From positions 64,001-128,000 of the forward strand of contig JACQQD010000009.1 of NCBI GenBank assembly GCA_016207165.1: 64,000 bases of DNA. Direction: 5' to 3'. A model generated the notes under the pieces. That model did not search any database and was not told the DNA's origin. It saw only the letters and a program-made list of their open reading frames with translations. The position numbers were made by a program, and so were the translations under genes. Within the stretch, counting starts at the first letter, position 1, and each line of letters opens with the position of its first letter. Shown piece after piece: positions 9,388 to 18,974 of the stretch. This stretch comes from Candidatus Micrarchaeota archaeon (GTDB lineage Archaea; Micrarchaeota; Micrarchaeia; Norongarragalinales; Norongarragalinaceae).

Positions 9388-10632
9388 TCACAAGTCCTCG
9401 TACAAGGGAAACTGTTTGCACAAGTAAAGCACGCCGCGTTTGACGGCTTCCAGTTCAGACGGTTTGTCCCAGCCTCGGATGGCGCGGGCCATTAATTGGC
9501 CGACTTCCTGCATTTCCGACTCTTTCATGCCGCGGGTGGTCAGAACCGGCGTGCCGAGGCGGATGCCGGATGGGTCAAAGGGTTTTCTTGGGTCAAAGGG
9601 AATGGTGTTGGCGTTCACCGTGATGTGGGCTTGGTCCAACGCGGTTTCCGCTTGCTTGCCGGTGACGTTCAGGGGACGCAAGTCGGCGAGAAGCAGGTGG
9701 TTGTCGGTTCCGCCGGTTACAAGCCGGATGCCTTCCGCACTCAAGGATTCGCCCAAGGCTTTGGCGTTCTTGACGATTTGCCGGGCGTAGTCTTTGAACT
9801 CGGGTTTAAGCGCTTCCGCAAAGGCCACGGCTTTTCCGGCGATGATGTGTTCATGGGGTCCGCCTTGCATTCCGGGAAAAACGGCTTTGTCGATGGGTTT
9901 GGCAAATTGTTCCTTGCACATGATCATGGCCCCCCGCGGTCCGCGAAGGGTCTTGTGTGTGGTGGTTGTCACCACGTCGGTGAAGGGAAACGGTGACGGG
10001 TGAACTCCGCCTACAACCAGGCCGGCGATGTGGGAAATGTCGGCCATGGAAATGGCGCCCACGCTTTGAGCGATTTCGGCGAAGCGCTTGAAGTCGATTC
10101 GTCTTGGATACGCGGTGGCGCCGGAAACAATCATTTTCGGCTTTTCAGTTTTAGCCTGTTTTTCGATGGCGTCGTAATCTAAAAGCTCCGTGTCTTTTTG
10201 TACGCCGTATTGCACGAACTGGTATGCTTTTCCGGAAAAATTGACGGCGTGCCCGTGCGTGAGGTGGCCGCCTTCGCTTAGCGACATGCCCATGATTTTG
10301 TCGCCCAATTGCAGTAACGCGAAATAGACTTCCAGGTTGGCTGGCGAACCGGAGTAGGGCTGGACGTTGACGTGTTCCGCGCCAAACAGTTTTTTGGCGC
10401 GTTCAATGGCCAAGTCTTCCATTTGGTCGATGACTTCGTTCCCGCCGTAGTATCTTTTGTGGGGGTATCCCTCGGAGTATTTGTTGTTCAGGACGGAGCC
10501 CATGGCTTCCAGAACGGATGGAGACACCATATTTTCCGAGGGGATCATCTCGAATACGGTCTGCTGGCGCTTGATTTCGGATTGGATGATTTGCGCGACC
10601 TTGGAGTCGGTCTTCTGGACGTGTTCAAGCAT
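9388..10632 (-). CDS. glyA: Serine hydroxymethyltransferase (THF-type)
   Basis: [40 protein letters not shown]. Confidence 0.97.
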   Translation of the reverse strand: MLEHVQKTDSKVAQIIQSEIKRQQTVFEMIPSENMVSPSVLEAMGSVLNNKYSEGYPHKRYYGGNEVIDQMEDLAIERAKKLFGAEHVNVQPYSGSPANLEVYFALLQLGDKIMGMSLSEGGHLTHGHAVNFSGKAYQFVQYGVQKDTELLDYDAIEKQAKTEKPKMIVSGATAYPRRIDFKRFAEIAQSVGAISMADISHIAGLVVGGVHPSPFPFTDVVTTTTHKTLRGPRGAMIMCKEQFAKPIDKAVFPGMQGGPHEHIIAGKAVAFAEALKPEFKDYARQIVKNAKALGESLSAEGIRLVTGGTDNHLLLADLRPLNVTGKQAETALDQAHITVNANTIPFDPRKPFDPSGIRLGTPVLTTRGMKESEMQEVGQLMARAIRGWDKPSELEAVKRGVLYLCKQFPLYEDL

Positions 10633-10690
10633 TCGAAAAAACCACCTTGTGTTGGCTTTGCGGCGTGAAATCTTTTAAGGCTTATGTACG

Positions 10691-13600
10691 TCACCGTGCA
10701 AACAACGTGCTTCCAACCAGGATGCCGTTGGCCCAGTACGTTCCCGTCGGGCCGTCCGGCAGAATGTCGTAGGTGGCCCCGGTTTCATAGGACTCCACAC
10801 GGATTCGGGTCACTCGTCCATGGTCGACGTCGTCGCCAATTTTCAGTTCATCCACGTTGCGTCCGTCGGAAAGGGGATGCCCTTGTGATATCCGCGCTTG
10901 CCGTCCATCATCCAAGACGAGGTGAACGATTTTTTGTCCAGGTTGCGTGCTTCGGCTCGTGGCCTTCAAAACGACGCCCACGGTTTTCTTTCCTTCCGCG
11001 TTCGTGGTGTACACGGCATCTCCTTGGCGTAGTTGCTCGACGGGCACCGGGCCTTTCGGCGTGTCGATGCGCGTTCCTTTGGCCAGGCAAATCGGGCAAT
11101 TCAATGCACTTGCCGTTTTTTCGTTGATGGTGGCCGTTTGGCTGGCCACCGTTCCCTTCACCAAATACGTTCCCCCGCCTTGGTTTTGCGTGCCGGAAAT
11201 TTTTTCGTGCGTGGAAAAGTCAAATCCGTTGCCGTTGCTTGTCATTCCAATGGCGCGCAAGCGCTTGTATTCCCTGTAGACCTCCAGTTTTTGGTCGTCC
11301 GTAAGCGTCTGGACGCCGGCCAGATTCAGGTGGCGTAAAATGACGGCGTATTCAACGGCGTCTTCGGGCGCTGAAACGTATTCTTGGGCGTGCTGTTTTT
11401 CCAGGTCCAAGCTCCCTATGGGGTAGTAATCGCGGTCGCAAAAGTCAACGCTTCCAGTCAGCGCCGCCTTGACGGAATACCTGGACTCCGCCAAGTCTCC
11501 GGGAGACGGATTTGGGGTGCATACTGGAGCAACCGGGCAGCCGTTGGCATCGGTTTGGCCATTGGGGTAAGTGAGGGTTCCCCCGATGCAGCCGGGCATG
11601 GCGACGGTCGGGCACACCGGCGCGCCCATGGTGCAGGTTGCTCCCGCGGAGCCGTCGTAGTAAATCATGTAGCCTTTGCCGGGCTCCAATGGCGTAGAGG
11701 GGTCGACGTTTTGGAATTGCGCGGATTGGCTGGGCAAGCCCAGAGCGGTGCGCACGAAGATGGATGGAGTTGTAGCCGGTGGAGGAGTTGGTGAAGGGGT
11801 CGCGCTCGGTGAGACCGTGGGTGCACCCGCGAGGCAACATTGGTAGGCTTGCAGTTGTCCGGAGCCGCAGGCGGCGGCCGCGACGCCGTCTGGATCAGAA
11901 ACCAACCAATTGGTTGGACACTGGCCTTGGAGCCGGCATTCGCCGTTCTGCGTGGTGCAGGCGTTGGGGGTGGGACTTGGCGTGGTGGCGGTTCCGGTGG
12001 GTAGGCTAAGTTTGTGGAGTTTTCCGGTGCTAGTCCACGTGCTGGTCAATAAGTTGTATTGGCCGGGGACGCTGGCGTAGCCCACGGAGCCGGGAGCCAA
12101 GACCCAGGATCCGACGCCTTCCGGTGTCGGGTACGCGGCGGCCAAAACCGTCATGTCGGACAAGCGCACGCCCGTCCAGCCGCTTTGGGAACCCAGCACG
12201 TAGGCGATGTCGTTGTTGGCGTCGACCACAGCGGAAAGGGCGTTTGGGACGCTGGCCGAGGCGACTAAGGTAAAGTCGTTGGCGCGTCGTTTATTCAATG
12301 CCCCGTTGTGCACGTAGTAGACGACGCCTCCGGATTGGTCGTTGACGGCGCCGACGGGGCTGCCGATGGGGCTGTTGGTTTGGCTGGCGGTTTGCAGGGT
12401 GGCCACGTTGATTTTTCGTGCGGTTTTGTCCGCCAGGATCGTCGAACCCGTATATATGTTGACGGTGTCGGTGACGGCGCCGATGAGGAGGTTGTCGGGA
12501 ATTCCGGATTGCTGGGCGACAATGTTCAACGTGACGGGATCCATTTTCACGAGTTGTTGGTCGCTGGTTTCCGCGTACAAGTTGGGCCCGATGGACAACG
12601 CGTTCTTGATGGCGGTGCTGGGATATTCTTTCGTGGATTGCTGGGTCAAGTCCGACGCCCGGTAGCGGGTAATCTTGGTGGAATACGTTCCTCCGAATCC
12701 GCCGAAGTTGCTGGCGGGGGTGGTGACTTGCCAGTAGTAGACGTTGCCGCTTTGCTCGTGGTAGTACAGGAATCCGTAGGGGCCGCCGTCCGTTGGGATG
12801 GCGACTTGGTTCTGGATTTGCAGGGTGTCCAACCGGATTTTCAGGATTTTAGTCACGACGGGGTAGACGGTTCCTTCTTGAAGCGTGCCATAGGCGTATA
12901 CGCCGTCGGAGTCCACGGCTAATTGTGTGATGTCGGCTTGGGGTGGGGTGAGTTCCAAGGTTTGAGTGATGGTGAACGCGTTGGGCGTCGGGGTTGGTGT
13001 AGGAGTTGGGCTTGAACTTGCTGTTGGCGTAGCGCATTGGTATTGATAGCACGGGCACGGAGCGGAGGCGCAAGATGGACACAATGGTTGGTTGCGTTGC
13101 TGGCAGGTTTGCCCGCTTTGGCATTGCGTGAGTCCATCGGGGCAGAGGAATGTGTTTGGCGTCGGAGTGGGCGTTGCGGTCGGTGTAACGTAGGCCGGGC
13201 AATTTCCTCGGATGGCGTTGAACGTGGCGGGTTGCGGCGGGCCTGCGATGAAGGTGTAGCCGGTTCTTAGAATGGGGGCATAGGTTTGGGCGGGTTTGTC
13301 TTCCCACGTCAGGCTGCAGGCTTGTTCTCCGTACACGAGGTATCCGACGGGGTACTGAAGCGAAGGCAATTGGTTTTGGTTCAGGGGCGAGAGTTCACCG
13401 AGGCCCTGGATGTATTCGAGGAACAAGTATTTGCCGAAGGGGTCCCGGCATGAGGTGGACAATAGCGCGCCGTCGCCCAAGGGTCCGATGGCGGTAAAGC
13501 CGGCGGGTATGTTGACCGTCTTTTTGGGGATTGGAGGCGGGCACTCGCCGGGAACGTACGGAATGGCGTCCGCGAGGCGGGCTTCGCAGGCGTTGGAGAA

Positions 13601-15496
13601 TTGCTGGGTTTCCTGGTAGCATACCGGCGCGTATTGACCTTGGCAGTTAAGGTTGGCGCACGCGCCCGTGCTCCACGGCGTGGCGCCGGGTGTTTTTTCG
13701 GCTTCGCAGGCGTTTATATACGTTACAAAGTCAAATCCGCAGACCAATGGGCCTTCGGTGCCGCATGCACAGTTTTCTCCTTGGCACGTTTCTCCGCCGA
13801 CGTTGACCGTCACGCACTTTTTGATGAGGTCCACGGACGTCAGCCGTAGCGTGATGCCAGTGCTTTTGGCCAGGTTGTCGTTTTCCTTGGAGTACTTGCC
13901 TAACATGTAGGTGCAGGCCGCGGAGTACGTGCTGCAGGCGATGGCTTTGCTGCGCTGTCCGGTTTGCGGGTCCAAGGTGTCGCTGGTGCTTTCGACTTGG
14001 AACACGGCGCGCTCCAAGGCGATGTCTTTGAGGGAGTAGTTGTAGATGACTTCGCCAAGGCCTCCGGGATTGAATTCCAGGCCTTCGTTCAGGCACACTT
14101 TTCTCGGCGTGCCGCCGGTGGGCGGCTTGAGGGGTGGATCAATGGGTTTGGGCAAGTCCAGGGTGACTGCGTTGCTTCCGGATTGCAGGGTGACGTCTTT
14201 GGAAACGGAGGGCTCGCCCACTACCGACGTGGCACTGACCAGCACGCTTACCAGACTCAGGTCGGTGAATCGCGCGATGCCGCTTTCGTCGGCCACTTGC
14301 GTGCGGTAGTCGATGGTTTGGTCGAATACTTTCTTGAGCACGGCCACGCGGGCTTGGGCGGCGGGGGTCGCGTCGTTGTTTCGCACGGTCACAGTCAAGT
14401 CCGCCAATTGGGTGCCGGCGGGAAGGGCTTCCAACGTCAAGGTGACGTCGTTTCCGGGTTCGAATTGGGCCGCCTTATCATTGAAGCCGTCTTTGGAGGC
14501 CAGCACGCCGTACGTTTTTCCTTTTTCCAGGGTCGCCTCGATGCGCCCGGATCCTTCCGTTAATTGGTCGAGGATGGCGGGGCTGGCAAAGACTTGGATG
14601 CGTGCCCCGGAAACGGGTTGGCCGTCTTGGTTTACCACGTTGATGCGGCTTGTGCCGGTGTTGGGTCCGGTTGTCGCGGTCAAGAGTACTTCCGTTGTCA
14701 CTTCGGCGGCGTTAATCGAAACGCCTTGGATGTCGCTTGGAACAAACCCTTGCTTTCGGGCTTGAAGGGACACCGTTGAACCTTGCTTGACGCCGAATTG
14801 GAGGGTGCCGTCGCTCTCCGTGGAGCCTTGCGCCAGAAACGTTCCGGTGGCGCCGTCGTACAGCGTCACCACGGCGTTTCCGATGGGTTGGCTGGTGGTT
14901 TTGTCTTTGACGGTGACGTTCAGGCGGGCGTCCGCCACGTAATGCGTTGGCCTTGGAGTTGGAGTACTTTCACTGCCTCCGGTTGGCGTGGGCGTGGGGC
15001 TGCCGGACCCGCCTCCGGGAATGGTGGGCTGGGGTTTGGGGGTGGGAAGCGGCGGTATTTTGGGCGGGTTGGCAAAATCCAGTTTCCTGGGGTCCGGTTT
15101 TTCCTTGAGCTTGATTTGTTTGCCGTCGGGGTCTTGCGGGTCGTAGTGGCCGATGGCGTCGTCGTAGCCGTTGCGCGTGACTTTGTACGTGTAGCGTTGG
15201 TTGGGGTCGACTCCGGGAAACATCGCTTTGCCGTTTTCGTCCGTCACGGCTTCCCCGATTTTGTTGCCGTTCTCGTCGAAGAGTTCCACCAACGCGCCGG
15301 CCAAGGGGTTGCCGTTCTCGTCGGTAATCGTCAACGTCAGGCTCTGGGTGGACTTGTAGTACAAGTAGCCTCCGAAGAGAAGGACGAGCAGTATGATGAC
15401 TCCCGACAGGATGGTGACGGCTTTTTTTTCGTCCATGTCTTGGACGACGTCATCCAGTTTCTCGGTCAAATCCTTCCAAATGTCCGACAAGCTCAA
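10691..15496 (-). CDS. 1601-aa membrane-anchored surface protein: carboxypeptidase-regulatory-like repeats, two Kazal-like domains, beta-propeller-like region, C-terminal Hint domain
   Basis: N-terminal TM; repeated 'D..G.P..GA.V.l' motifs; VCG.D.VTY.N.C Kazal pattern; Pro/Thr linkers; C-terminal CLAKGTRIDTP...SQGHPL...TYWANGILV. Confidence 0.85.
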   Translation of the reverse strand: MSLSDIWKDLTEKLDDVVQDMDEKKAVTILSGVIILLVLLFGGYLYYKSTQSLTLTITDENGNPLAGALVELFDENGNKIGEAVTDENGKAMFPGVDPNQRYTYKVTRNGYDDAIGHYDPQDPDGKQIKLKEKPDPRKLDFANPPKIPPLPTPKPQPTIPGGGSGSPTPTPTGGSESTPTPRPTHYVADARLNVTVKDKTTSQPIGNAVVTLYDGATGTFLAQGSTESDGTLQFGVKQGSTVSLQARKQGFVPSDIQGVSINAAEVTTEVLLTATTGPNTGTSRINVVNQDGQPVSGARIQVFASPAILDQLTEGSGRIEATLEKGKTYGVLASKDGFNDKAAQFEPGNDVTLTLEALPAGTQLADLTVTVRNNDATPAAQARVAVLKKVFDQTIDYRTQVADESGIARFTDLSLVSVLVSATSVVGEPSVSKDVTLQSGSNAVTLDLPKPIDPPLKPPTGGTPRKVCLNEGLEFNPGGLGEVIYNYSLKDIALERAVFQVESTSDTLDPQTGQRSKAIACSTYSAACTYMLGKYSKENDNLAKSTGITLRLTSVDLIKKCVTVNVGGETCQGENCACGTEGPLVCGFDFVTYINACEAEKTPGATPWSTGACANLNCQGQYAPVCYQETQQFSNACEARLADAIPYVPGECPPPIPKKTVNIPAGFTAIGPLGDGALLSTSCRDPFGKYLFLEYIQGLGELSPLNQNQLPSLQYPVGYLVYGEQACSLTWEDKPAQTYAPILRTGYTFIAGPPQPATFNAIRGNCPAYVTPTATPTPTPNTFLCPDGLTQCQSGQTCQQRNQPLCPSCASAPCPCYQYQCATPTASSSPTPTPTPTPNAFTITQTLELTPPQADITQLAVDSDGVYAYGTLQEGTVYPVVTKILKIRLDTLQIQNQVAIPTDGGPYGFLYYHEQSGNVYYWQVTTPASNFGGFGGTYSTKITRYRASDLTQQSTKEYPSTAIKNALSIGPNLYAETSDQQLVKMDPVTLNIVAQQSGIPDNLLIGAVTDTVNIYTGSTILADKTARKINVATLQTASQTNSPIGSPVGAVNDQSGGVVYYVHNGALNKRRANDFTLVASASVPNALSAVVDANNDIAYVLGSQSGWTGVRLSDMTVLAAAYPTPEGVGSWVLAPGSVGYASVPGQYNLLTSTWTSTGKLHKLSLPTGTATTPSPTPNACTTQNGECRLQGQCPTNWLVSDPDGVAAAACGSGQLQAYQCCLAGAPTVSPSATPSPTPPPATTPSIFVRTALGLPSQSAQFQNVDPSTPLEPGKGYMIYYDGSAGATCTMGAPVCPTVAMPGCIGGTLTYPNGQTDANGCPVAPVCTPNPSPGDLAESRYSVKAALTGSVDFCDRDYYPIGSLDLEKQHAQEYVSAPEDAVEYAVILRHLNLAGVQTLTDDQKLEVYREYKRLRAIGMTSNGNGFDFSTHEKISGTQNQGGGTYLVKGTVASQTATINEKTASALNCPICLAKGTRIDTPKGPVPVEQLRQGDAVYTTNAEGKKTVGVVLKATSRSTQPGQKIVHLVLDDGRQARISQGHPLSDGRNVDELKIGDDVDHGRVTRIRVESYETGATYDILPDGPTGTYWANGILVGSTLFAR

Positions 15497-15612
15497 GGAA
15501 TGTCTCTACCCCGTTTGAGGTTTTACCACGGTTTACGCGTTAAAAACGGTTTTGATTTCCTGGATTTCACTGGAAACGTTTATTTTACCTGGAATTGATT
15601 GATTTGCTTTGC

Positions 15613-16203
15613 ATGGCTGAAGAAAGCGATTTTGTTAGAAGAGCCAAGAAAGCACACGGCCTGACCTCACAAAGTCCCCCCGGTTTTCCCGATCTCCGGC
15701 TTGCGCGCATTGCCGCCGCGCACCACAAACCTGAAGCTTCCGTTGAACCTCGAACATTGCAGGAAGGCACGCTTGCGGGAATGAAGGAAGCCCTCGATTC
15801 CGTGCGTCACCGCAAAATGGTTCCACACTGGAGAGATGAACTTAAAAAAGCGGGTTTTGACTCTGCACACAATGAGGCGTTGGCGGAATTTCTGGCGCAC
15901 GCCTCCCACCGCGGAAATAGTGCAGCCGCCAAAAATTTGCTTTACGCCTTGATGCGGTTGGAGACCTTGGAGGCGTGGGAGGACCACCTCCAGTTTTTGG
16001 AAGGCATGGCCAGCGACCGGGACTTCGTGCGCGCGGTCATGGATCACGTCAAGACGCAGAATTGGCCGGATTACACGGATTCGGAGACGCCGGATGGACG
16101 GGTGCGCGAGCATTTGGGCGACTTCAAGAACGCGTTGGAAAGGCTGCGCATGCCGCCTAAATGGAGGCCAGAAAAAAAGGCGTCACGCCGGAGAGGCTCG
16201 TGA
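15613..16203 (+). CDS. Hypothetical helical protein
   Basis: ORF fills the gap and overlaps the convergent HAD gene by 47 nt. Start taken at ATG 15613. Confidence 0.6.
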   Translation: MAEESDFVRRAKKAHGLTSQSPPGFPDLRLARIAAAHHKPEASVEPRTLQEGTLAGMKEALDSVRHRKMVPHWRDELKKAGFDSAHNEALAEFLAHASHRGNSAAAKNLLYALMRLETLEAWEDHLQFLEGMASDRDFVRAVMDHVKTQNWPDYTDSETPDGRVREHLGDFKNALERLRMPPKWRPEKKASRRRGS

Positions 16204-16804
16204 CGAAGGCATCGGCTTTCCTTTTTTCTTGTTGGATGCGCCGGTTTTCCACCATGACGACTTTCATTCCGGCCTTTTTCGCTCCAAGCAATCCGGCGTT
16301 GGAGTCCTCAATGACCACGCATTCCTTGGCGGGCACGCGAAGTTTTTCGGCCGCCTTGAGGAAAATGTCTGGCGACGGCTTTCCGTGCCGCACTTGGTCG
16401 CCGCCCACCACGGCGTCAAAAGCGTTTTCCAAACCGATTTTCGGCAACAGCAATTCCAGAAGCCACGTGTTGGTGGAGGAAGCCAAGGCCAGGGGGTAGC
16501 CGGATTTTTTTAGCGACAGAACCAATTCGGTGGCGCCGGGTAGGCTTCTCGCGGTCTTCAGGATGACGTCCAAGTATATTTCGTCGCGTTCCAGGTTGAG
16601 GGCCTCGATTTGCTTGGCCGATACGGTGATGCCGGCTTTTTCGTGGACGCGCCGGATGTTTTCCCTTGCGGGAATGCCGGTGACTTCCTGCGGAGTTTCG
16701 TCAAACGGAATTTTGTGCCGCCGCATGAGTTCGGAAAAAGATTCAAAGTGCTGGGGTTCGGAGTCCAGAATCACGCCGTCAAAGTCGAAGATGACGGCCT
16801 TCAA
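16157..16804 (-). CDS. HAD family phosphatase (subfamily IA)
   Basis: FDFDGV, ALASS, KPSPDIF, IEDS..G. TTGA start/stop overlap with folK. Confidence 0.92.
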   Translation of the reverse strand: MKAVIFDFDGVILDSEPQHFESFSELMRRHKIPFDETPQEVTGIPARENIRRVHEKAGITVSAKQIEALNLERDEIYLDVILKTARSLPGATELVLSLKKSGYPLALASSTNTWLLELLLPKIGLENAFDAVVGGDQVRHGKPSPDIFLKAAEKLRVPAKECVVIEDSNAGLLGAKKAGMKVVMVENRRIQQEKRKADAFVTSLSGVTPFFLASI

Positions 16805-17658
16805 TCCAACCGCCTTAGGATTTGGTCCACGGCAAAGGCGATGTCTTGGGCTTCCGCCACCTGGACGCGGAGCTTCGAGACGAGTTGGCGGAGTTGCTTG
16901 ACGGTTCCAATGAGAAGCACGTCGGACTTCTCGATTTTATTGGAGATGCAGTCCTTGTGCACGGCCGCGTCGCCTCCCAAAGCCAGCATTTCCTGTTTGA
17001 GGATGTTGGCCATGGTCGCGCGCACGTTTTCCAGTCGAATGACCAACGAAATGGTTTTTTGCGCCATGGACTTGACGGAATACGTGTCCTGTACCCCGAT
17101 GTCGCGCATGCGTTTTTCGGCGTGTCCGATGGACGGAATTGTTTCCAGGGTGGCGTGGACTGCCGGGAGTTTGGAATCCATTTTCTTCACGGATTTTTTT
17201 TCTTGTTCGGGTAATTCGTCCCAGAGTTGTTGCACGGTTTTCTTCAGGACGGGGTGCAAGAGATGGGGTGCCACGTCTTTTAACGGCGCCAGGACGAACG
17301 CCCTCTCCGCGATTTTTGGGTGCGGGACGATGAATCCGTCCTGGTTGCCGACGAACGCGTCGTAGAACAAAAAGTCGATGTCAATGTTTCTTGGACCGTT
17401 TTTGGATTGCTTTTTTTTGCCGAGTCTTTTTTCCACGCTTTGGATGGCGGCCACCACTTCCTTGACGGGTTTCTCGGTGTAGGCTTTCACCACGGCGTTG
17501 AGGAACTCAGGTTGGTCCGCGTTGTATTTGGGTTTCGTTTCGTAGATGGGGGAACCGTTCACGTTGGCAAAATCCTGTCCCAGGGCGTGGACGGCGCGTT
17601 GGAGGTTTTGTTCGCGGTTGCCGACGTTGGAGCCCAAACCCAAGTAAACGTAAGCCAT
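16801..17658 (-). CDS. folK: HPPK (FolK) fused to a C-terminal domain resembling the FolP N-terminal extension
   Basis: YLGLGSN, GPRNIDIDFL, VPHP...RAFVLAPL; extra roughly 115 aa containing ANILKQEMLALGGDAA. Confidence 0.92.
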   Translation of the reverse strand: MAYVYLGLGSNVGNREQNLQRAVHALGQDFANVNGSPIYETKPKYNADQPEFLNAVVKAYTEKPVKEVVAAIQSVEKRLGKKKQSKNGPRNIDIDFLFYDAFVGNQDGFIVPHPKIAERAFVLAPLKDVAPHLLHPVLKKTVQQLWDELPEQEKKSVKKMDSKLPAVHATLETIPSIGHAEKRMRDIGVQDTYSVKSMAQKTISLVIRLENVRATMANILKQEMLALGGDAAVHKDCISNKIEKSDVLLIGTVKQLRQLVSKLRVQVAEAQDIAFAVDQILRRLD

Positions 17659-17736
17659 GTGAGGTTTGTGCACGCCAACGTTTTTCTGGGCTTTGCCCCT
17701 CGTAGGTGCCGGGCGGTCTCCTTCTTTTTCGGGCGT

Positions 17737-18897
17737 TTAGAGGCCCTTGGGCTTCTTCTTTTTGATGCGCGTGAAAAGGGCGTATCCGCCAGCGGTCAAT
17801 AGAATGACTAACCCGATGATCCAGGCGCTGCCTTCAAAGGCGGCCGTCACCAAACCCGTGAGTCCGCCGGGTGCCGGAGTGGCCGTGGCTTGAATGGTTG
17901 GAGCAGGCAATGCGGCCTGCGCGGGTGCTGGAGTTGCGGTGGCCTGCGCTGTTGGCGAAGGTGCGACTGGAGCCGGAGTGGCTGTCGTGCTTCTGGACGA
18001 GGGCGGCAGGCCCCCCGTTCCGCCTCCGCTGCTGGTAGTTGTGCCTGCGGCAGGAGCAGTTGGGCTGGGGCTTGCGGAAGGCGAGGGAGTGGGCGTCGCG
18101 CCTCCAGGGGGCGCTGGCGGGGAGCCGACGACGCCGTACGGCGTTCCGGCGGCGATGGTGAACGTGACGCGGTTGTTGGCAATATCCAGGGTGAACGGCG
18201 TGATTTGAACCCACTTTGTGCCGTCAAACCTCATGGGGACAATAGCGCTTTCGTCGATGCCCGCGTCGTTGTAGCAGAGCGTGACTTGGGTTGCAGCTCC
18301 GGTGACCGAGATTTCGTAGCCGCCCAAAAACGTGTTCCCGGCCCCGATTCCCACGGTTCCCGGAAGCGCGCTGCTGTTAAGCGCAGTGACGTTGTTGATG
18401 GTTACCGCTGTAGGCGTCGAAACGTTGATGTTCATGTCCAGGCAAGTGCCTGAGACGTGGATGGGCGAGTCGGGAAGGGCCAACAGGTGCACGTCACTGA
18501 GCGAGCCGTTGACGGTGACGTTTTGTTGAGCCGGAAACGCAAAACTCAAGTCCAGTTGCGTGATGGCGCTGGATTCAAATGATGCGGTCTGGCTGGCTTG
18601 GACCCGTCCGATGAAAAACGTGACGGTTTGGCCTTGCTGCAATTCGTCGCCTTGGACCAATAGTTTGGTTTGGCTCGATGACGGTCCGCCGTACGTTCCG
18701 GCTTGTTCGCTTTGCACGCTTCCAGCGTTTTGGGCGTTAACCATTGCGGACACCAGGGTGCCGACAGGAATGCCGACGCCGTTTGCGGTCGCGTTACCAA
18801 AAAACAGGTGCGGCAATTGGGGCGCCGCACCCACCGGCAACGCGAAGACCAGCGCCAATGCCGTCAACGCCAGAAAAGCGTGTTTCAACACCATCAT
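17737..18897 (-). CDS. Secreted/surface protein with a Pro/Ala/Thr linker, C-terminal TM and basic tail
   Basis: Signal peptide, PQLPHLFFG N-domain, TM followed by KKKKPK. Confidence 0.8.
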   Translation of the reverse strand: MMVLKHAFLALTALALVFALPVGAAPQLPHLFFGNATANGVGIPVGTLVSAMVNAQNAGSVQSEQAGTYGGPSSSQTKLLVQGDELQQGQTVTFFIGRVQASQTASFESSAITQLDLSFAFPAQQNVTVNGSLSDVHLLALPDSPIHVSGTCLDMNINVSTPTAVTINNVTALNSSALPGTVGIGAGNTFLGGYEISVTGAATQVTLCYNDAGIDESAIVPMRFDGTKWVQITPFTLDIANNRVTFTIAAGTPYGVVGSPPAPPGGATPTPSPSASPSPTAPAAGTTTSSGGGTGGLPPSSRSTTATPAPVAPSPTAQATATPAPAQAALPAPTIQATATPAPGGLTGLVTAAFEGSAWIIGLVILLTAGGYALFTRIKKKKPKGL

Positions 18898-18974
18898 GTC
18901 AGTTTTGCACCAAAATTTCCTGTTTTTTAAAAATTAAAAGGGTGCCGGACACGAAGCGTGCCCGGCTTCCATTT

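Noticed and set aside
11780-15070. Pro/Thr-rich stretches as DNA tandem repeats
   Set aside because: Codons vary; these are ordinary protein linkers.
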